Origin: Monocercomonoides exilis PA203
Lineage: Eukaryota; Protista; Preaxostyla
Assembly (NCBI GenBank): GCA_001643675.2
Contig: LSRY02000003.1
Coordinates: 186,001 to 250,000 of the forward strand
DNA length: 64,000 bases
Direction: 5' to 3'
Part shown: piece after piece, positions 38,301-51,290 of the stretch
Layout: every line of letters starts with the position of its first letter
Numbering within the stretch: position 1 is the first letter of the stretch
Program-made: the position numbers and the translations under genes
The notes under the pieces: generated by a model
Seen by the model: the letters and a program-made list of their open reading frames with translations, nothing else
The model's database searches: none
What the model was told of the DNA's origin: nothing

Positions 38301-38516
38301 TTTGTGGATTCTGAACAAATGGAGAGAAAACATAAGTTAGTGAAGCTTTTGAATTCAAAGAAAATTGCTTCTGAATTGTTAAGTTTGCCTCGCGTTCCAC
38401 CACGTTCTTCTCTTATTAGTTGGAATTCAAGAGATGAGTCTATTTCAATTTGGAAAGAGCAAATCAGCATGTTACACAAAGAAATTGAACGATTGAAAAG
38501 AATGTTGCATTGCTAA
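32376..38516 (+). CDS. DENND6: DENND6/FAM116-like DENN-domain Rab GEF with large low-complexity insertions; exons 32376-32524, 32611-33037, 33144-38516
   Basis: CSVYFDLDIGQ, F.IPD, YG...FRQV.D..IKRGFYQKALVILS.LP, WPSP, LWQLVV..KPLVV, IRRSF..LT..FL.P and LYSQFI.SDNF.GW match DENND6 blocks. GT-AG introns are in consistent phase. Confidence 0.85.
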
Positions 38517-38665
38517 TTTTGAATATATATATATTATATTTAAAGATTTTTTGTTTGCATTTTTTTTAAAAGATTAAATTTTCGAAAGACTATCCCTTTT
38601 TACAGACTAATTAAAAAATTTATCATGTCAAATTTTCAAATCGATCAAACCCTTTGACTGAATTA

Positions 38666-40900
38666 ATGATCGATTTCTTCTCAATATTTACTCGTTCAGG
38701 GCTTGTGCTTTGGTCAACAAATACAGCCCTTAAACAGCAATTAATACCATCTATTAATGCATTAATCCGTACTGTTATTTTGGAAGAAAAAAAAAGCGAA
38801 CGCTCGTTTATCCATGATCAACATGCCTTGCATTGGACTTTTGCAAATGACTTAGAACTTGTTTTTGTAGCTGTTTACCAGCAATTTCTTGTCTTGCCAT
38901 ATATTGAAGCGCTCCTTAAAGATACTAAGGATGCATTTGTTCGAAGATTAGGCGGTCGATTACCTTCATTTCTTCCATTATTCGATTTCACACAAGATTT
39001 TGACGACATCATGACGAAATATGCATCAATGGGATCAGTTTGTGAACTTTTTCACGATGTTTTTATTTATATTTATTTTCTTATGTGAATTATTTAGATT
39101 TCCTCAATTTCTTCCTCCATGCAGCCATCTCCTTCTCACAGCCCAACTCCGAAAATTAAATTACGGTCATCAAGCAAAGTGGAAGATTCTTCGCCATCAT
39201 TAGCTTTGCAAGAAAGCTCACAGGAAGAATTAACAAGTTCTGGTGAAGAGTCTGAGTCGCAATCTGGCAGAAGACGAAGCACAAGAAAAACTCCGTTGGC
39301 GCTTCGTTCTCGGACCATCATGCCTTCGGGACCCAAAAAATTTGTGAAAAAAACACCAAGAGATTTTTCTTCATTAACAAAGAAAAATGCAAGAAAGTGG
39401 GATGGGCAGGTATCTGCTTCTGATTTAGAGGAGTTTGATCTCGCTAAAAAGTCTGGCTATACACCTTCGGAGGCAGCAATGCGGGAAGCAGAAGAGATGA
39501 GAGCAGCACTTCAATCTGGAGATGCAAAGATTGATTTGGACGACTGGCCTCAAGAAGATCTATCAGACACAGATTTGTCTGGCACAGAAGCAACTGATGA
39601 TGGAGACGAAGAGGCTGATGAGGAGAATGATGATGAAGGCATGGCAGGTGGGCTCGCTGCTGCTGCTCCAAAGAAAAAGAAGAGAACGGGAAGAAAGAAG
39701 TCCAAGAAGAAGCAAGCCGAAGAGGCTGCTTCATCTTCTTCATCTAGCTCTTCTTCATCTTCATCTGGCTCTTCACGTAAAAGCACTTCCACAGCACCGA
39801 AAAAGAAGCGAGGACTGCTCGGAATGTTTTCCTTTACTGATCAAGTTGTATGCTTTATGTGAAAAAAATGACATTTTGTTATTGATTTCAAAAAAAATTT
39901 TTTTTCATGAATTTTCAATTAGATATATTTTCTAAAAGCATTTTTTTAATTTATAATTCAAATTAATAATCCTTTCTCCTCAAATTTATATTCCAACAAA
40001 CTCATTCAGATAACAAAAGAGTCACTTGATCCGGTGATGACTCGCTTCCATGAAGCATTGATCCACAAAAACGTTGCTGCAGATATAGCGTTGAAGCTTT
40101 GCGATTCTGTGTCCACATCCTTGGAAGGGAAAAAAGCAGGAGGAATTCTATCTACTTCTTTGATGTCGATGATCCGCACTTCGATGGAAGAGTCAATTCG
40201 TCAAATTTTGACTCCCAAGAAAAACCTCGATGTACTGCACATGCTGAGAAAGCAGAACGAAGAAGAGCACAGCCCATTTGTGATTGTGTTCTGTGGAGTG
40301 AATGGCGTTGGAAAGTCAACAAATCTCTCTAAAGTTGCGTTCTGGTTGAAGCAAAATGGAGTTAAGGTGATGATAGCCGCATGTGATACGTTCCGTTCGG
40401 GGGCAGTTGAGCAGCTTGCGGTTCATTCGAGAAATCTCGATATATTCTTGTTTGATAGCGGATATGGAAAAGATCCATCGGGTGTGTGCTCAGCAGCTGT
40501 CAGTTATGCAAAAGCTAATGGCTATGAGTGCGTGCTTGTTGATACAGCAGGAAGGATGCAAGAGAACGAGCAACTGATGCGCGCGTTGACAAAGTTAATT
40601 TACGTGAACAATCCAAATCTTGTTCTGTTTGTAGGAGAAGCACTGGTAGGAAATGATGGAGTTGATCAACTTGTGACATTCAACACAAAGCTGCTTGAGG
40701 GATGCCGCGGACAAGGAAAGGCACGCGAAATTGATGGTATTCTTCTTACAAAGTTTGATGCAATTGATGATAAAGTTGGTGCAGCATTATCAATGGTGTA
40801 TTCTACAGGAATTCCAATATTATTTGTTGGAACAGGACAATTCTATACTGATCTTAAAAGACTTAACGTAACTGCAGTGGTAAATGCTTTATTGAGCTGA
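38666..40900 (+). CDS. SRPRA: Signal recognition particle receptor subunit alpha; exons 38666-39037, 39098-39847, 40010-40900
   Basis: MIDFFSIFTRSGLVLW longin N-terminus. SRP GTPase motifs GVNGVGKSTNLSK, ACDTFRSGAVEQL, DTAGRMQ, VGEALVGND, TKFD and GTGQ. Both introns are phase 0. Confidence 0.97.
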
Positions 40901-41454
40901 AGTTTGAATGGGAGATATATTAATGGCTAATTATTCGAAACTTTATTTCTTGGTGGGTCTTTGATTTTGTTGTGCTTGGTTGTTTTCGTTTCAATTGTTT
41001 CATTTCATTTTATTTTTGCATACAAAAATAATTCTCACAACGAGCGGAGAAATTTCGAAAAGAATTTTAGCATTACTATTTTCGAAATGAATAAATTTGT
41101 GGATTTTGTTGAACGTACATAAACATGAAAATATTATTTCAAAATCAGGAAGATGAATGTTAATTGCATTGACTATTATTCTTTAAAACAAAATAGTTAT
41201 CTCAAATTTATAATTTCCGCTTTTAACCCCAAAGGAATTTATCTTTTTGCTTTCTTTCCTTTTTTCAAAATTATATTGGGTGATTATTTCTAAAATGGGA
41301 CAAAATTCTTGCTTTAATGAAAAAAACTAAGATTTGTTCCAAACTTTTTTCACTTTCATATCATTACAACTCAAACATTCTCATACAAAAATGTTTGGAA
41401 AAATTATAAAAATGAGAAATTTATTTGTAAGCTCTGAATGGAACAAAATTCATA

Positions 41455-41812
41455 CAGATATCGCATAAAATACCGGATAAGATCGTTTTCTCAATAATTG
41501 CAAGAGGAATAATTCTGATAATTTTCCTCTAAATATATCTCATCAATACAAACTCACGTGACATACAGGACTTTCTTAACAGCTTCATTTGTGCTCAGAA
41601 AAAATAATTGTTTTAATCTCGGATAAACTCAAAATCATATTTTTCTTTGATTTGAATTATATATTTTTCTGAGCACAATTGAGGTAATTTTGGAAGTGTT
41701 GTTTAACAAATAAATTTGCATTAATGAGATGTATTTTGAGGAAAATTATCAGAATTATTCCTCTTGCAGTTATTGAGAAAACGATCTTGTCCGGTATTTT
41801 TTGCGATATCTG
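41455..41812. mobile_element. Tc1/mariner-type MITE (~150-bp imperfect arms, TA TSD)
   Basis: TA|CAGATATCGC...GCGATATCTG|TA. Arms ~41455-41605 and ~41663-41812 are reverse complements. Confidence 0.75.
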
Positions 41813-42069
41813 TATAACAAAAAAAATTTCTTCCCAAATCATATATTTTTTCGGGGAATGGACAATTTTTTTGTTTTCTTTTGTTTGCAAAAGAATTTTC
41901 AAAAAATTGTTTCATGCTCCAAAATTATTGTCTTTCAAATTCATGTTGACATTGAAAGACAGAGAAGGACATTTATGTTTAAAATTGTGTGAGTTATTTA
42001 TCATATCCCCTTTTTTAATCGAAACCATTAAAATCTGGCTCTCCAGATCACTATTTGAAAAAATAAATA

Positions 42070-45000
42070 CCATCGTTCAGAAACCCGGGAATCTTTCAAA
42101 AACCCGGATTTCAAAAATAAATGAAATCTGATTATCTTTTTCAAAAGCGTTTTCAACTAAATATTTATTCACCGTTCTGTATTGGCATTAATTTTACATT
42201 CAAATAAAGATCATTTTTCGCAAAAAATTCAATTCGCCTTGTTGAAAAAACCAATTTGATCTTTTGCTTATTTCTCCATAAGAAATCAAAAAAATAAATA
42301 CCAGCAATTTCGTGAAGAGCTGTTATTGTTCAATGAATTCTGTACAATTGCATTATTTGTTACACATACAAAAAATCAATTTTTATTATCACGTTTATTC
42401 AATCACGATCAAATGATAAACCTATATTAATGACTATTGCAAAAGAATGATCGTTTCCTGAGTTGAGAAAGGCACTTTCCACATCTGGAATTAGGCGACT
42501 GAAAACAATTTCACAAAAAATATTCGAACTTCGAAAAGATCAATTGATAACAATGAAAGTCGCTGTCGATTCTGGCACAATTTCGAATAGTTCATGGGAC
42601 AGAGGAATAGCTGGAGAAAAGCAAAAAATCCCTTCCGGAGTGAACGGAAGACCGCCAATTATGATACAAGATTTCATAGAAAAAATCAAGAATCAAGTTA
42701 TTGTTCTTTTTTCATAATGTTAAACAATTAGAGTAAAGTACGTGCACAAAATGGTTTTTGTTATTTTTTTATCAAGGAAAATGATTATTTTTGTAGTTTT
42801 TAGACTGTGGAGCATCTTGGGCAATCATTGCATGACGAAGAAGTGATTAAAATACCAGGTTTAACTTCAGCGAATTAAGCAATTCAAAGAAGCAATGTTT
42901 TGAAATTGGCTGTCTCAAAGGAATTGGACAATCCAAAATTATCTTCCCAATCTTTTGATTCTGTGAGAAATTGGTTTGATGAACTTTCACAAATTGTGAA
43001 TGAGAAAGAAATAGCCGTATCAGCCATCTTAAATTTCGATGAAATTTCACTTCATCAATGTGAGGATCCTTTCAAACAAGTGGGTTTTTCTTAATGAAAA
43101 ATCGCAAATGTTTAATTTTCAAATAAATCAAAGTGTAAATATTTTGCTTTGGCCTTTGCGACAAGCCGACTTGTTTAAATGGTTTCAACATGACGACCGA
43201 CATGTGATGTATTTTTTTTATAGATAAGATATATTTTTATTCAATCACAATAAAAAATAAATATTTGAACAATTGATTGTCTGACATTTTTCAAACTTTG
43301 AAAAGAATAAACAACGATTGCATTTATTTAAAAAAGCTATAATGAGTTATTTAATGGGTTTTCGACAGATCAACTTGACAAAGATCTGTTCCGATCTGTC
43401 TGGATCATTCGGATCTCAAGATCTGACGTATCGTGTCGATAATAAATGTGCGAAATGGATGATGGTTTTGTTTCTGAATTTCCAGCTGAATTAAGAAGCT
43501 GCTTATCTTTTTCACAAATGGTTTCTCAAACATTGATTTTCTTTTGAATTCTTTCAAATTAATAAAATTAATGTGTTCATGCAAAGAAAAAAGCGTTTTC
43601 AGATAAAATTTTTGAATAAAAAGAAAAAGGATGTTCATTTGTCTCTTTGATATGCACTAAATTCACAAACAACGAAAAATGTTTGTTTTTCAAATTTTTA
43701 TTTAAAATTTTAAATTCAATGAAAAAATTTGCATAATTTTTAAGATTATTTTCACACCAACAGCACAAAAGAAGAAATTGGTAATATCCATTTTGAAGTT
43801 AACAACAACACCCTCTGGAGGCATAGGTCTATTTTGTTCCAGTTTAAAAATATGGGTGAAAATATTTCACTTCAGGCATTTTCATAGCAAAATTATGCAC
43901 TTTTCAATAACTTTTTGAGATCAAAAAACATAATAAAAATGGGTTCATCTTTTGAAATACTTTTAAAGTCACAAAACATTTTGTTTCAGCATCAATGAAG
44001 TTTGTATTCGGATATGACAAATCATTTGATTATGAAATCTGATAAAGTTGATAAAGTTATGAGAGAAGCAATTTTTCTATGCCTTGTGCAAAAAAAGCTT
44101 GAAAGTCCGTATTTTTCCCCATATATTTTTAAATATTTATATTTGCATATTATTAATTCTCAAAATTATTGAAAACAAACTGCTGATGGAAAAAGTCGAA
44201 ATTCTTCCATCAAAAAATAAGAATTTCTAATTTAATTTTCCCCATAATTTTTTCCTTCGGATCTTGAAGAATTAAAAATTCAATTTGTTTTCTTTTTCAT
44301 GGACAAATAAATAATTTAATGATCCAATTATCGAATAAATTAAGTGTGCAATATTTTAATTTACGGATATTTAGTCACATTTTTTTGTAAATTACATTTC
44401 AACAGAATAAGTGCATTTAGGAATTATTCGCTAATTCATAACAAATGCATGTTTCTGTGCATGCAACAGTAATTACATATAAATGAACAAATATGTTGTT
44501 GATGCTCATTTGATATAATTGATAAATGGAATATTAACGTTTATTCTTTCAAATAAATTTATGGAACGTTGATTTCAGCAAAAACAATGGAAAGGGAGAA
44601 TATACTGCAAGTGGAATATTTCTTTTCACAGCCATGATAAACAATGAAATTCATTATGCCATTGAAGAAACTCATTTTCTTAGAAAAACAAAGAATAGCA
44701 GAAGATTTGATCAGCGAGTTAGCTGGAGCGGAAGATAGACAGAGCTGATTGAAGCGATGATAAAGGCATGATGTGTTGAGCGAATGTTGACAGGATACAA
44801 GAGTTTGGTTATTAAGCTGAGTTTTGATGAAACGTTTGGTTAAGAAAGAGAGGAGAAATTGTGATGTGAATATGTGAAGGTTAGAAAATAAAAGCTGTTG
44901 ATATGTTTTAAAGGATGATATATTCACGCTTTGCAAGATTGCTTTTTATAATTATTATGATAACGCTTACTGAATGTTTAGGGCAAAAAGGTTGGAAAAA

Positions 45001-47574
45001 AAAGACAAAAGAAACGGGAGGAGAGAAAAGGAGGAATGGACAAAAAGCAAACTGTGAGGAATGAAGTCCAGAAAAGAATAAACCATATCAAAACAAGTGA
45101 GAAAAGAGGAGGACATTCTGGACGAGCATATTCCACATGAAGTAGCAGTGGCAGAATATGCAGATGCGTTCGATGTGAGATCTCGAATGGAGTTAACTTT
45201 TGGAAATGACATGAAAGGAGAAGGAGATGAAAAATACAGGAAGGTGTGAGGCCTGTCTGAAAGAGAAAAGGAGAAGGATGAAAAAGTCAAAGAGACATTC
45301 AAAAGATGTGAGGATTAAGAAGGGCATATCTTTTTAAACTCACTAAGTTAGTCTTTTTATCCGTTGATAGCCTCCAAACATCGTTTTCTCATGTTTCTCT
45401 GATTTTTCCTTCACAAAATTGATGTCTTTTTTCATTTCATCTTCCTTTTTTTTATTCTTGGCCTATAAGAACTCATCAAATTCATCTCAAGTTTTTCATA
45501 TTCTGCACTTTGCTGTTAGTTCACAGAAAACTCAATAATGTCAATGTTTGCATGTTTTGTTTTGATGAAAAAATAACATCTCTTGATTTTTGAAGCAGAT
45601 TTGTTTCAAAAAGTGATCAGGAAAAGTTCAATGAATGAATTGCGCACATATGATGTTGAAATAATAAACGAAAAGCACGTTGAAAAACGATTCTGTATGG
45701 TGCAGATATAGAGTTCAACATCCTCGTGGGGAGTTATTTGAACCTTTAGGTTATACGGCTGCTGCGTCTCTGAGCTGGCTGGGAAATGGGGCAGCGATTC
45801 ATCTATCTGAGGGCTGTTCATGCGCATGGAACATGTTTGTGATACCTCTTTCTATGCGCTGTGCCTGCAAAGTGTTGTGAGTTTGCCGTATGAGTGGGCT
45901 TTTGGAGCAGCTTGGTGTCGGTGGGTGTCGTTGTTTCTTTTCAGAATGTTATCTTTTCAGCCATCCTGGTGGAGGTGTGCCATTTTGTTTGCCTCTCGAG
46001 GGAGCCATAAACGTGTCACACCTTCTGTATGTCTTTTTTTCCGTATTTTATTTCTCAGCAGGGCGCAGCTGGGGATGTTTCACCACAGAAGAATTTTTCG
46101 ATGATCCGGGTGCCTGGGTTTGCAAAAACAGCGGAGAAGGGGATGGGAGCAATGAAAACAGTGATTGGGAGGGGTGCAGCGGGAGACAAGGGGATGCAGC
46201 AGAATTTTGTTTTTTCATCTCAACGGCAGTTATTGGCAGCTGTGGCTGAGACAGCACAAATACGGATGATTTTGTTGGATTCTCTCCTTCAGGCCTGGGA
46301 TTTGCCGTTATTTCAGCCAGCATAATTATTTCAACTCCAACTGCCCGCTCATCACAGTGAACAGCGTTGCTGATTAAGAAGAAAGACTATTCGTCTCAAT
46401 AACACTCACTGCCTTCCCTTTCTCTGTTATTATAATATTTTTCTACACACCGATCGTTGCCCTTTCACTCTCATGCCTTCTGATAAACACTTTGATTGCA
46501 GAGCTCAGCTGCGTTATGTTTATCCCCGCTACACACCTTCCCGCCTTGCACGCATCTGCCTTGGTCATTCCACACATTTCACTTTAATCATTTTTTTTCA
46601 TTCTTTCATTTTGATTCTTCAATCATCACTGAAACGCCTGTGAATAAAACTGCGAATGAAATAGATAAATACTTAAACATATGTGCACAATTCCAATGAT
46701 AAACAAGTTTATGTTGCAAATATTTAACATTAATATAGAAACAAATACAAAAGCAATGAAAAAAACAGTGATATACTTTTAAACAAAAAAAATATACAAA
46801 CATCATGCTTATCATTTAAGGTATTTGCAATTGCATAATTCACGATGTCCACATTTATGTGTGTACGAGTGCATAATTCAAATATTGAATTATTGAATAA
46901 TAACTGTTTTAAAAGCTGTGAAAGTGAAAATAATCCAAGACATACAATAAAAAATTTGTTCTTCTTTGGCCGTTTCATTGCAAAGTTGCTTTGAACTTTG
47001 TGAAGTCGTCAAATTGAATTTTTAATTCTTTATGATCTTAATGAAAATATTATGGGTTGCAAAATATCGAAATTTTTTTGAAAATTTTCATGATCGAATT
47101 TCGAAATTTCCCTCCTTGATCAGCTTTGTCAAATAATGTTTATTAACGGTGTTTAGAAAAAAAATTTCAAAAGTGCTCACAAAAAGTGGTACAATTTTCA
47201 CCTATGCCATCGAATGTTGGAATATTTACACAATTTATGGATTTTGTTGGAAAAAGCTAATGAAAATAGAAACAAATGATTTCATTCTTTGTGAATTATT
47301 CGCAAGAATAAACATTAATGAATCAGATTAACTGAAGTCTTTTTTGATATGAACAATTCGCAATAACTGAAAGAATAACAAAAAAATTTTCGAAAAACTC
47401 ATGTTTCTTTCTTAAAGAATGAACATTTCTTTCGTTAACATATGAATTATCAACAATTTGAACATCATTTAACTGTTGAATGCGAATGAAAGTGATATGT
47501 CAGGAACGATTGAATGATCTTTCAACATGATAAATGTCCGGGTTTTTTAAAAATTCCGTGTTTTTGAACGATGG
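42070..47574 (+). mobile_element. Old pogo-like element: degenerate TIRs, transposase remnant and unrelated internal DNA
   Basis: CCATCGTTCAGAAACCCGG...AAAAACCCGGA (42070-42108) pairs with TCCGGGTTTTTT...CCGTGTTTTTGAACGATGG (47537-47574). The remnant VRNWFDEL...ILNFDE at ~42960-43045 is pogo-like. TA flank on the left only. Confidence 0.5.
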
Positions 47575-48630
47575 AAATAGAAATTTTGGCAAAAGGTGGT
47601 CAAACGGCCAGAAAAGGATTATTTTCTTGAAAATACCAAAAACAGTATCGAAACTGAGCTAAATGTACTCATTAATAAAGTTCAGTTTGTGTATTCTTTT
47701 CAAAAATGAAATTATCAACAAACATAATCAATCTTTCATAGATTAAAATTTTTTATCAGGCCCATCATTTAATTTAATCATGTTTTCTGCTAGGTTTTTT
47801 TCAACCCAACAAACTCATTTTTACAAGAGAACCTTATGAATTTGGGTTAACCCTAAAAGAGATTTTATTTCAACTTTATTTATAAAGATATTAAAGCGGC
47901 ATAAGTGTAAAAAAACACCTGCTTCAGTTTTATGATTTTCTTAATTTCAACAAAATTATCATAAATAACATTAAAAAACAACACTTTTGGGTGGAGCAGT
48001 TTTATGATATTTCAACATAAATTTCATCAAAAAATTTTTCGTGATCAATCCCTTAATTAAAAATTTTCTTGTTCATTTTCTGTTTTTAGTGCGAAAACGG
48101 AAGAATCTCAGCTTGATTGTTGCAGCCAATAATGCATTTCTTGCGATGTCATAAATGAAGTTTGAATTTGCACTAATTTTATTTCTTTAAATCTGTTATT
48201 CAATAAAAATTTCGCTATCACTTATGAATCAATAACAATTCATAATATTTAATCGAAAGAAGTTTCTCTCAATGAAAGCCAATGTAACAGAAGATCTGAT
48301 GATTATGAAATACTCATATTTCCAATTTTATTGGAGAAATCAGTTATTTATGTATTATTTATTTTTTCAAATTGAAATGCTTTCCATTTGAAATGAAGGC
48401 TATCATTATTGTTTTTTTATTGATTTTGCTAAATAAGACATAATTGTTAGATAACGATTATTGTTCATTTTGCTTTTGTCAAATTGTCTCAAATAATAAA
48501 AATTGTAAAAGAAAATACAAAAAATGTGCAGTATTCACGTGATTTATTTTTTGAGGGCTCGTTTCATCAAAATGAAAAGAACGAAAAACTTCAAAATGAA
48601 TTAATGCCGACGGAAGATGTTTATTAATTG

Positions 48631-49752
48631 TTAAAGAAGCTGCTCGTAATAAACTTGAAATGCGGTAACAATCTCGATGTGTTCCCAATTCCACAACATA
48701 TCAAATTTGATGGTTAAGAAGCCAAATATTGAATCGGATCCATAAAAGTTTTCGCTTCTATTTTCATTAATCTCCAATAATTTCTGAATAATGCATGAAC
48801 TTATAGAATATGAAGATGAAGTGGAAGAAGAGGAAGAAAAAGAAGAAGAAACAGAAGGAGAAGAAGAAGAAGAAGAAAAAGAAGAGGAAAAAGAAGAAGG
48901 AGCAATTGGAACAGCAGAAGAGGAAGAATAAGAGATGGAAGACGTGTTAACTTCTGTTTTTTCAGAGAGCTGTGATTGAGCTGAGAGATTTGCATTGGCA
49001 AGCATTGATTCAAAAGACAAGGAAGTTTGCGTGGGCGCTGCTTTGACAGGAAAAACAGGACGAGAAGAAGGAAGCTTAGAAAAGGGAATGGAAGCATTTT
49101 GAACTGAAGAAGAAGAAGAAGATGATGATAGCGATATTGTTGTTGAAGGACACATCAAAGAACCCATGAAGCGCGAGAAAAATGCCTGACACGGTGAATG
49201 CACAGGTGTTGCAGTCGAAGAAACATCAATTGGCTTCCCAGTCGATTCTGCAAGCGCTTCAGAGCATTCAAGTGTCTGCATTTGGTTCTGTTTCCTTTGC
49301 CTCACATCCTCATCCGCCTCCACACCTTCTTCCTTCTTCTTCTTCTTCTTCTTCTTCCTATTATTCCTCCTATTATTCTTTTTCTTCTCTTTCTCTTTCT
49401 CTTTCTCCTTCTCCTTCTCCTTCTCCTTCTCCCCATCACCTGCCTTTTGAGACGCCGATGATTGCCTCATCACCTCCTGCGCATGTTGTATCATCAGCAT
49501 CGCCTGGTTTGTCTGATTGACAGCTGTTTTGAATGTGAATAGAACAACCACAAAAACACGGGCAAGAACAAGATCAATGTGGAGAACAACAAAAATGGAG
49601 GTGGAAGATCTGAAGGGGTTGTTGTGTGTTTGGTGGTGAGTGGATGAAAGGAGAGAAGAATTCACAATGGAAAAAGAAGAGCAAGAGGAGGAGGAAGAAG
49701 AAGAAGGAGGAGGAGGATTAAATTGTAGTTGTCTCGACAGATGAACTTTCAA
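48631..49752 (-). CDS. Ser/charged-rich, probably chimeric ORF within the element A cargo
   Basis: 373-codon open frame with abruptly changing segments (Ser/His-rich, hydrophobic, EK-repeat, poly-Ser). Expression unknown. Confidence 0.3.
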   Translation of the reverse strand: MKVHLSRQLQFNPPPPSSSSSSSCSSFSIVNSSLLSSTHHQTHNNPFRSSTSIFVVLHIDLVLARVFVVVLFTFKTAVNQTNQAMLMIQHAQEVMRQSSASQKAGDGEKEKEKEKEKEKEKEKKKNNRRNNRKKKKKKKKEEGVEADEDVRQRKQNQMQTLECSEALAESTGKPIDVSSTATPVHSPCQAFFSRFMGSLMCPSTTISLSSSSSSSSVQNASIPFSKLPSSRPVFPVKAAPTQTSLSFESMLANANLSAQSQLSEKTEVNTSSISYSSSSAVPIAPSSFSSSFSSSSSSPSVSSSFSSSSSTSSSYSISSCIIQKLLEINENRSENFYGSDSIFGFLTIKFDMLWNWEHIEIVTAFQVYYEQLL

Positions 49753-50519
49753 CGAAGAAAAAGTTTTTTGTTAAACTACATGTTTATTTTGAACCCAATT
49801 GTTCTCGGGTTTAATCCTGTGCTTTTTTTCATTTGAAAAAGCTCATCTGTTTTTTTCGCTGTTTCTTTTTTCTTTGTTATTTCTCTCAAAGCACTTTTTT
49901 TCTTCTTCACATTCATAAATCTTGTAAATAAGATACGCAGTTTCAACAACTTGTATCTCTTCATCTGGTAAAAGTTTCAATCGAGTTCTGTGCAGGGATC
50001 GAAATGGACGCCTTTTTGCTCCAATGCATAGTTCGAGATGGATGGTGGATGAAGAGTGTCAAATACATCAAGCTCGATGTGTATGGTTGACATCTTTAAA
50101 GAAGAAGAAGATGAATGAAGAAGATTTGTGGTGGGAGGACGATATTGAAGATGAGAAATGGGAAAAGAAAATTTTTTTTGTTGAATAAAAGCCAGATATT
50201 GCGATAGGCTGAGTGTGTAGATTAGAGGAAAGCTGATCAATTGGAAAGAAGCGAACGAATAATCAGATTCAATATGACGTGAAAAAGCATATTGATGGTA
50301 AGAGAATGCGTTGATGTGTTGCTTCGCTTTGATGATGAAAACCATGCAATGAGGAGCGAGAAAAGAACAGGAAAAAGTTGTGGAGAATTGAAAAATAATG
50401 ATTCAGCAAATGAATTTAAATAATGTGTATTGCATGAAGATACTTTAAATAAAGTTGATGCACAATTTACAGTGATTTTCGTATCAGCTTTTCTGAAGGG
50501 AAGTGTTTGAGAATGAACA

Positions 50520-51290
50520 AATATTTGGGTGAGTAGAATGAGGGAGTCATCTTACGTATCTGTCATACATTCTAAAGCATACTCGATTGTGGCGCATGGC
50601 CTAAGATGTGTTTTTCCACAGGCATCAGCATCAGTTCCACCATTTGATACGATTTTGAATGTTGTTATGAGAGGGAGCCATCTGTTGTACACTGCATTGT
50701 CAGCTGTTCCTTGATTCCACACTCGATTTGTTGGAGTTGTTGATCCACATTGCTGGAATGGGGATTGGGAAATATCACTTCCGTTAAAGAACACATCATT
50801 TCCCCTTCCATTTGTTGCTGTGTTGCCATCGAAGAAGCAGAATGTGATGAATTTTACTCCACTCATCCAAGTGAAGGTATTTGTGCAACATAGAGCAGCA
50901 CCTCCCCATGAAGATGACGAACTTGTCAATTTGTTGTTTATGAATTGGCAATCATTAACAAAAAATTGATTTGGTTTATTTTGTGGAGGCCAATGAAATG
51001 TGAGAGAACCAGCAGAATCACCACCAGAATTTGAGATGCACTTGCATTTGGAAAACAGGAATTGAGCGCTTGTTGGTGTACTTCCCATGTTAAAATACCA
51101 ACCAGTTCCACACCAATCTGTTATTTTACAACCTCCCACTCTATTATCTGAGAATGAATAAACAGAAGATGATTGTCTACCATCAATGCAAATTGCACCT
51201 CCATGCAACGCCGAACAACCTGTTGAATTTGATTTTGATTTATTCTCATTTTGTTAACTGCAACAGCATAAAGCTCAACCTGCAGCATCA
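50520..51290 (-). pseudogene. Captured fragment of the Pmp-like receptor family within element A
   Basis: ORF 50552-51208 aligns to the protein encoded at ~26460-27110 (HGGA.CI.G, QFLFSKCKCISNSGGDSAGSLTF, FITFCFFDGNTATNGRGNDVFF...WLPLITTFKIVSN). Truncated at both ends. Confidence 0.9.

Noticed and set aside
45770-45960. Weak resemblance to the PIF1/Helitron helicase motif (G.AA..L..G..A...F.IPL)
   Set aside because: No Walker A, DE or GD..Q motif is recognisable nearby. Too degenerate to call without an HMM search.
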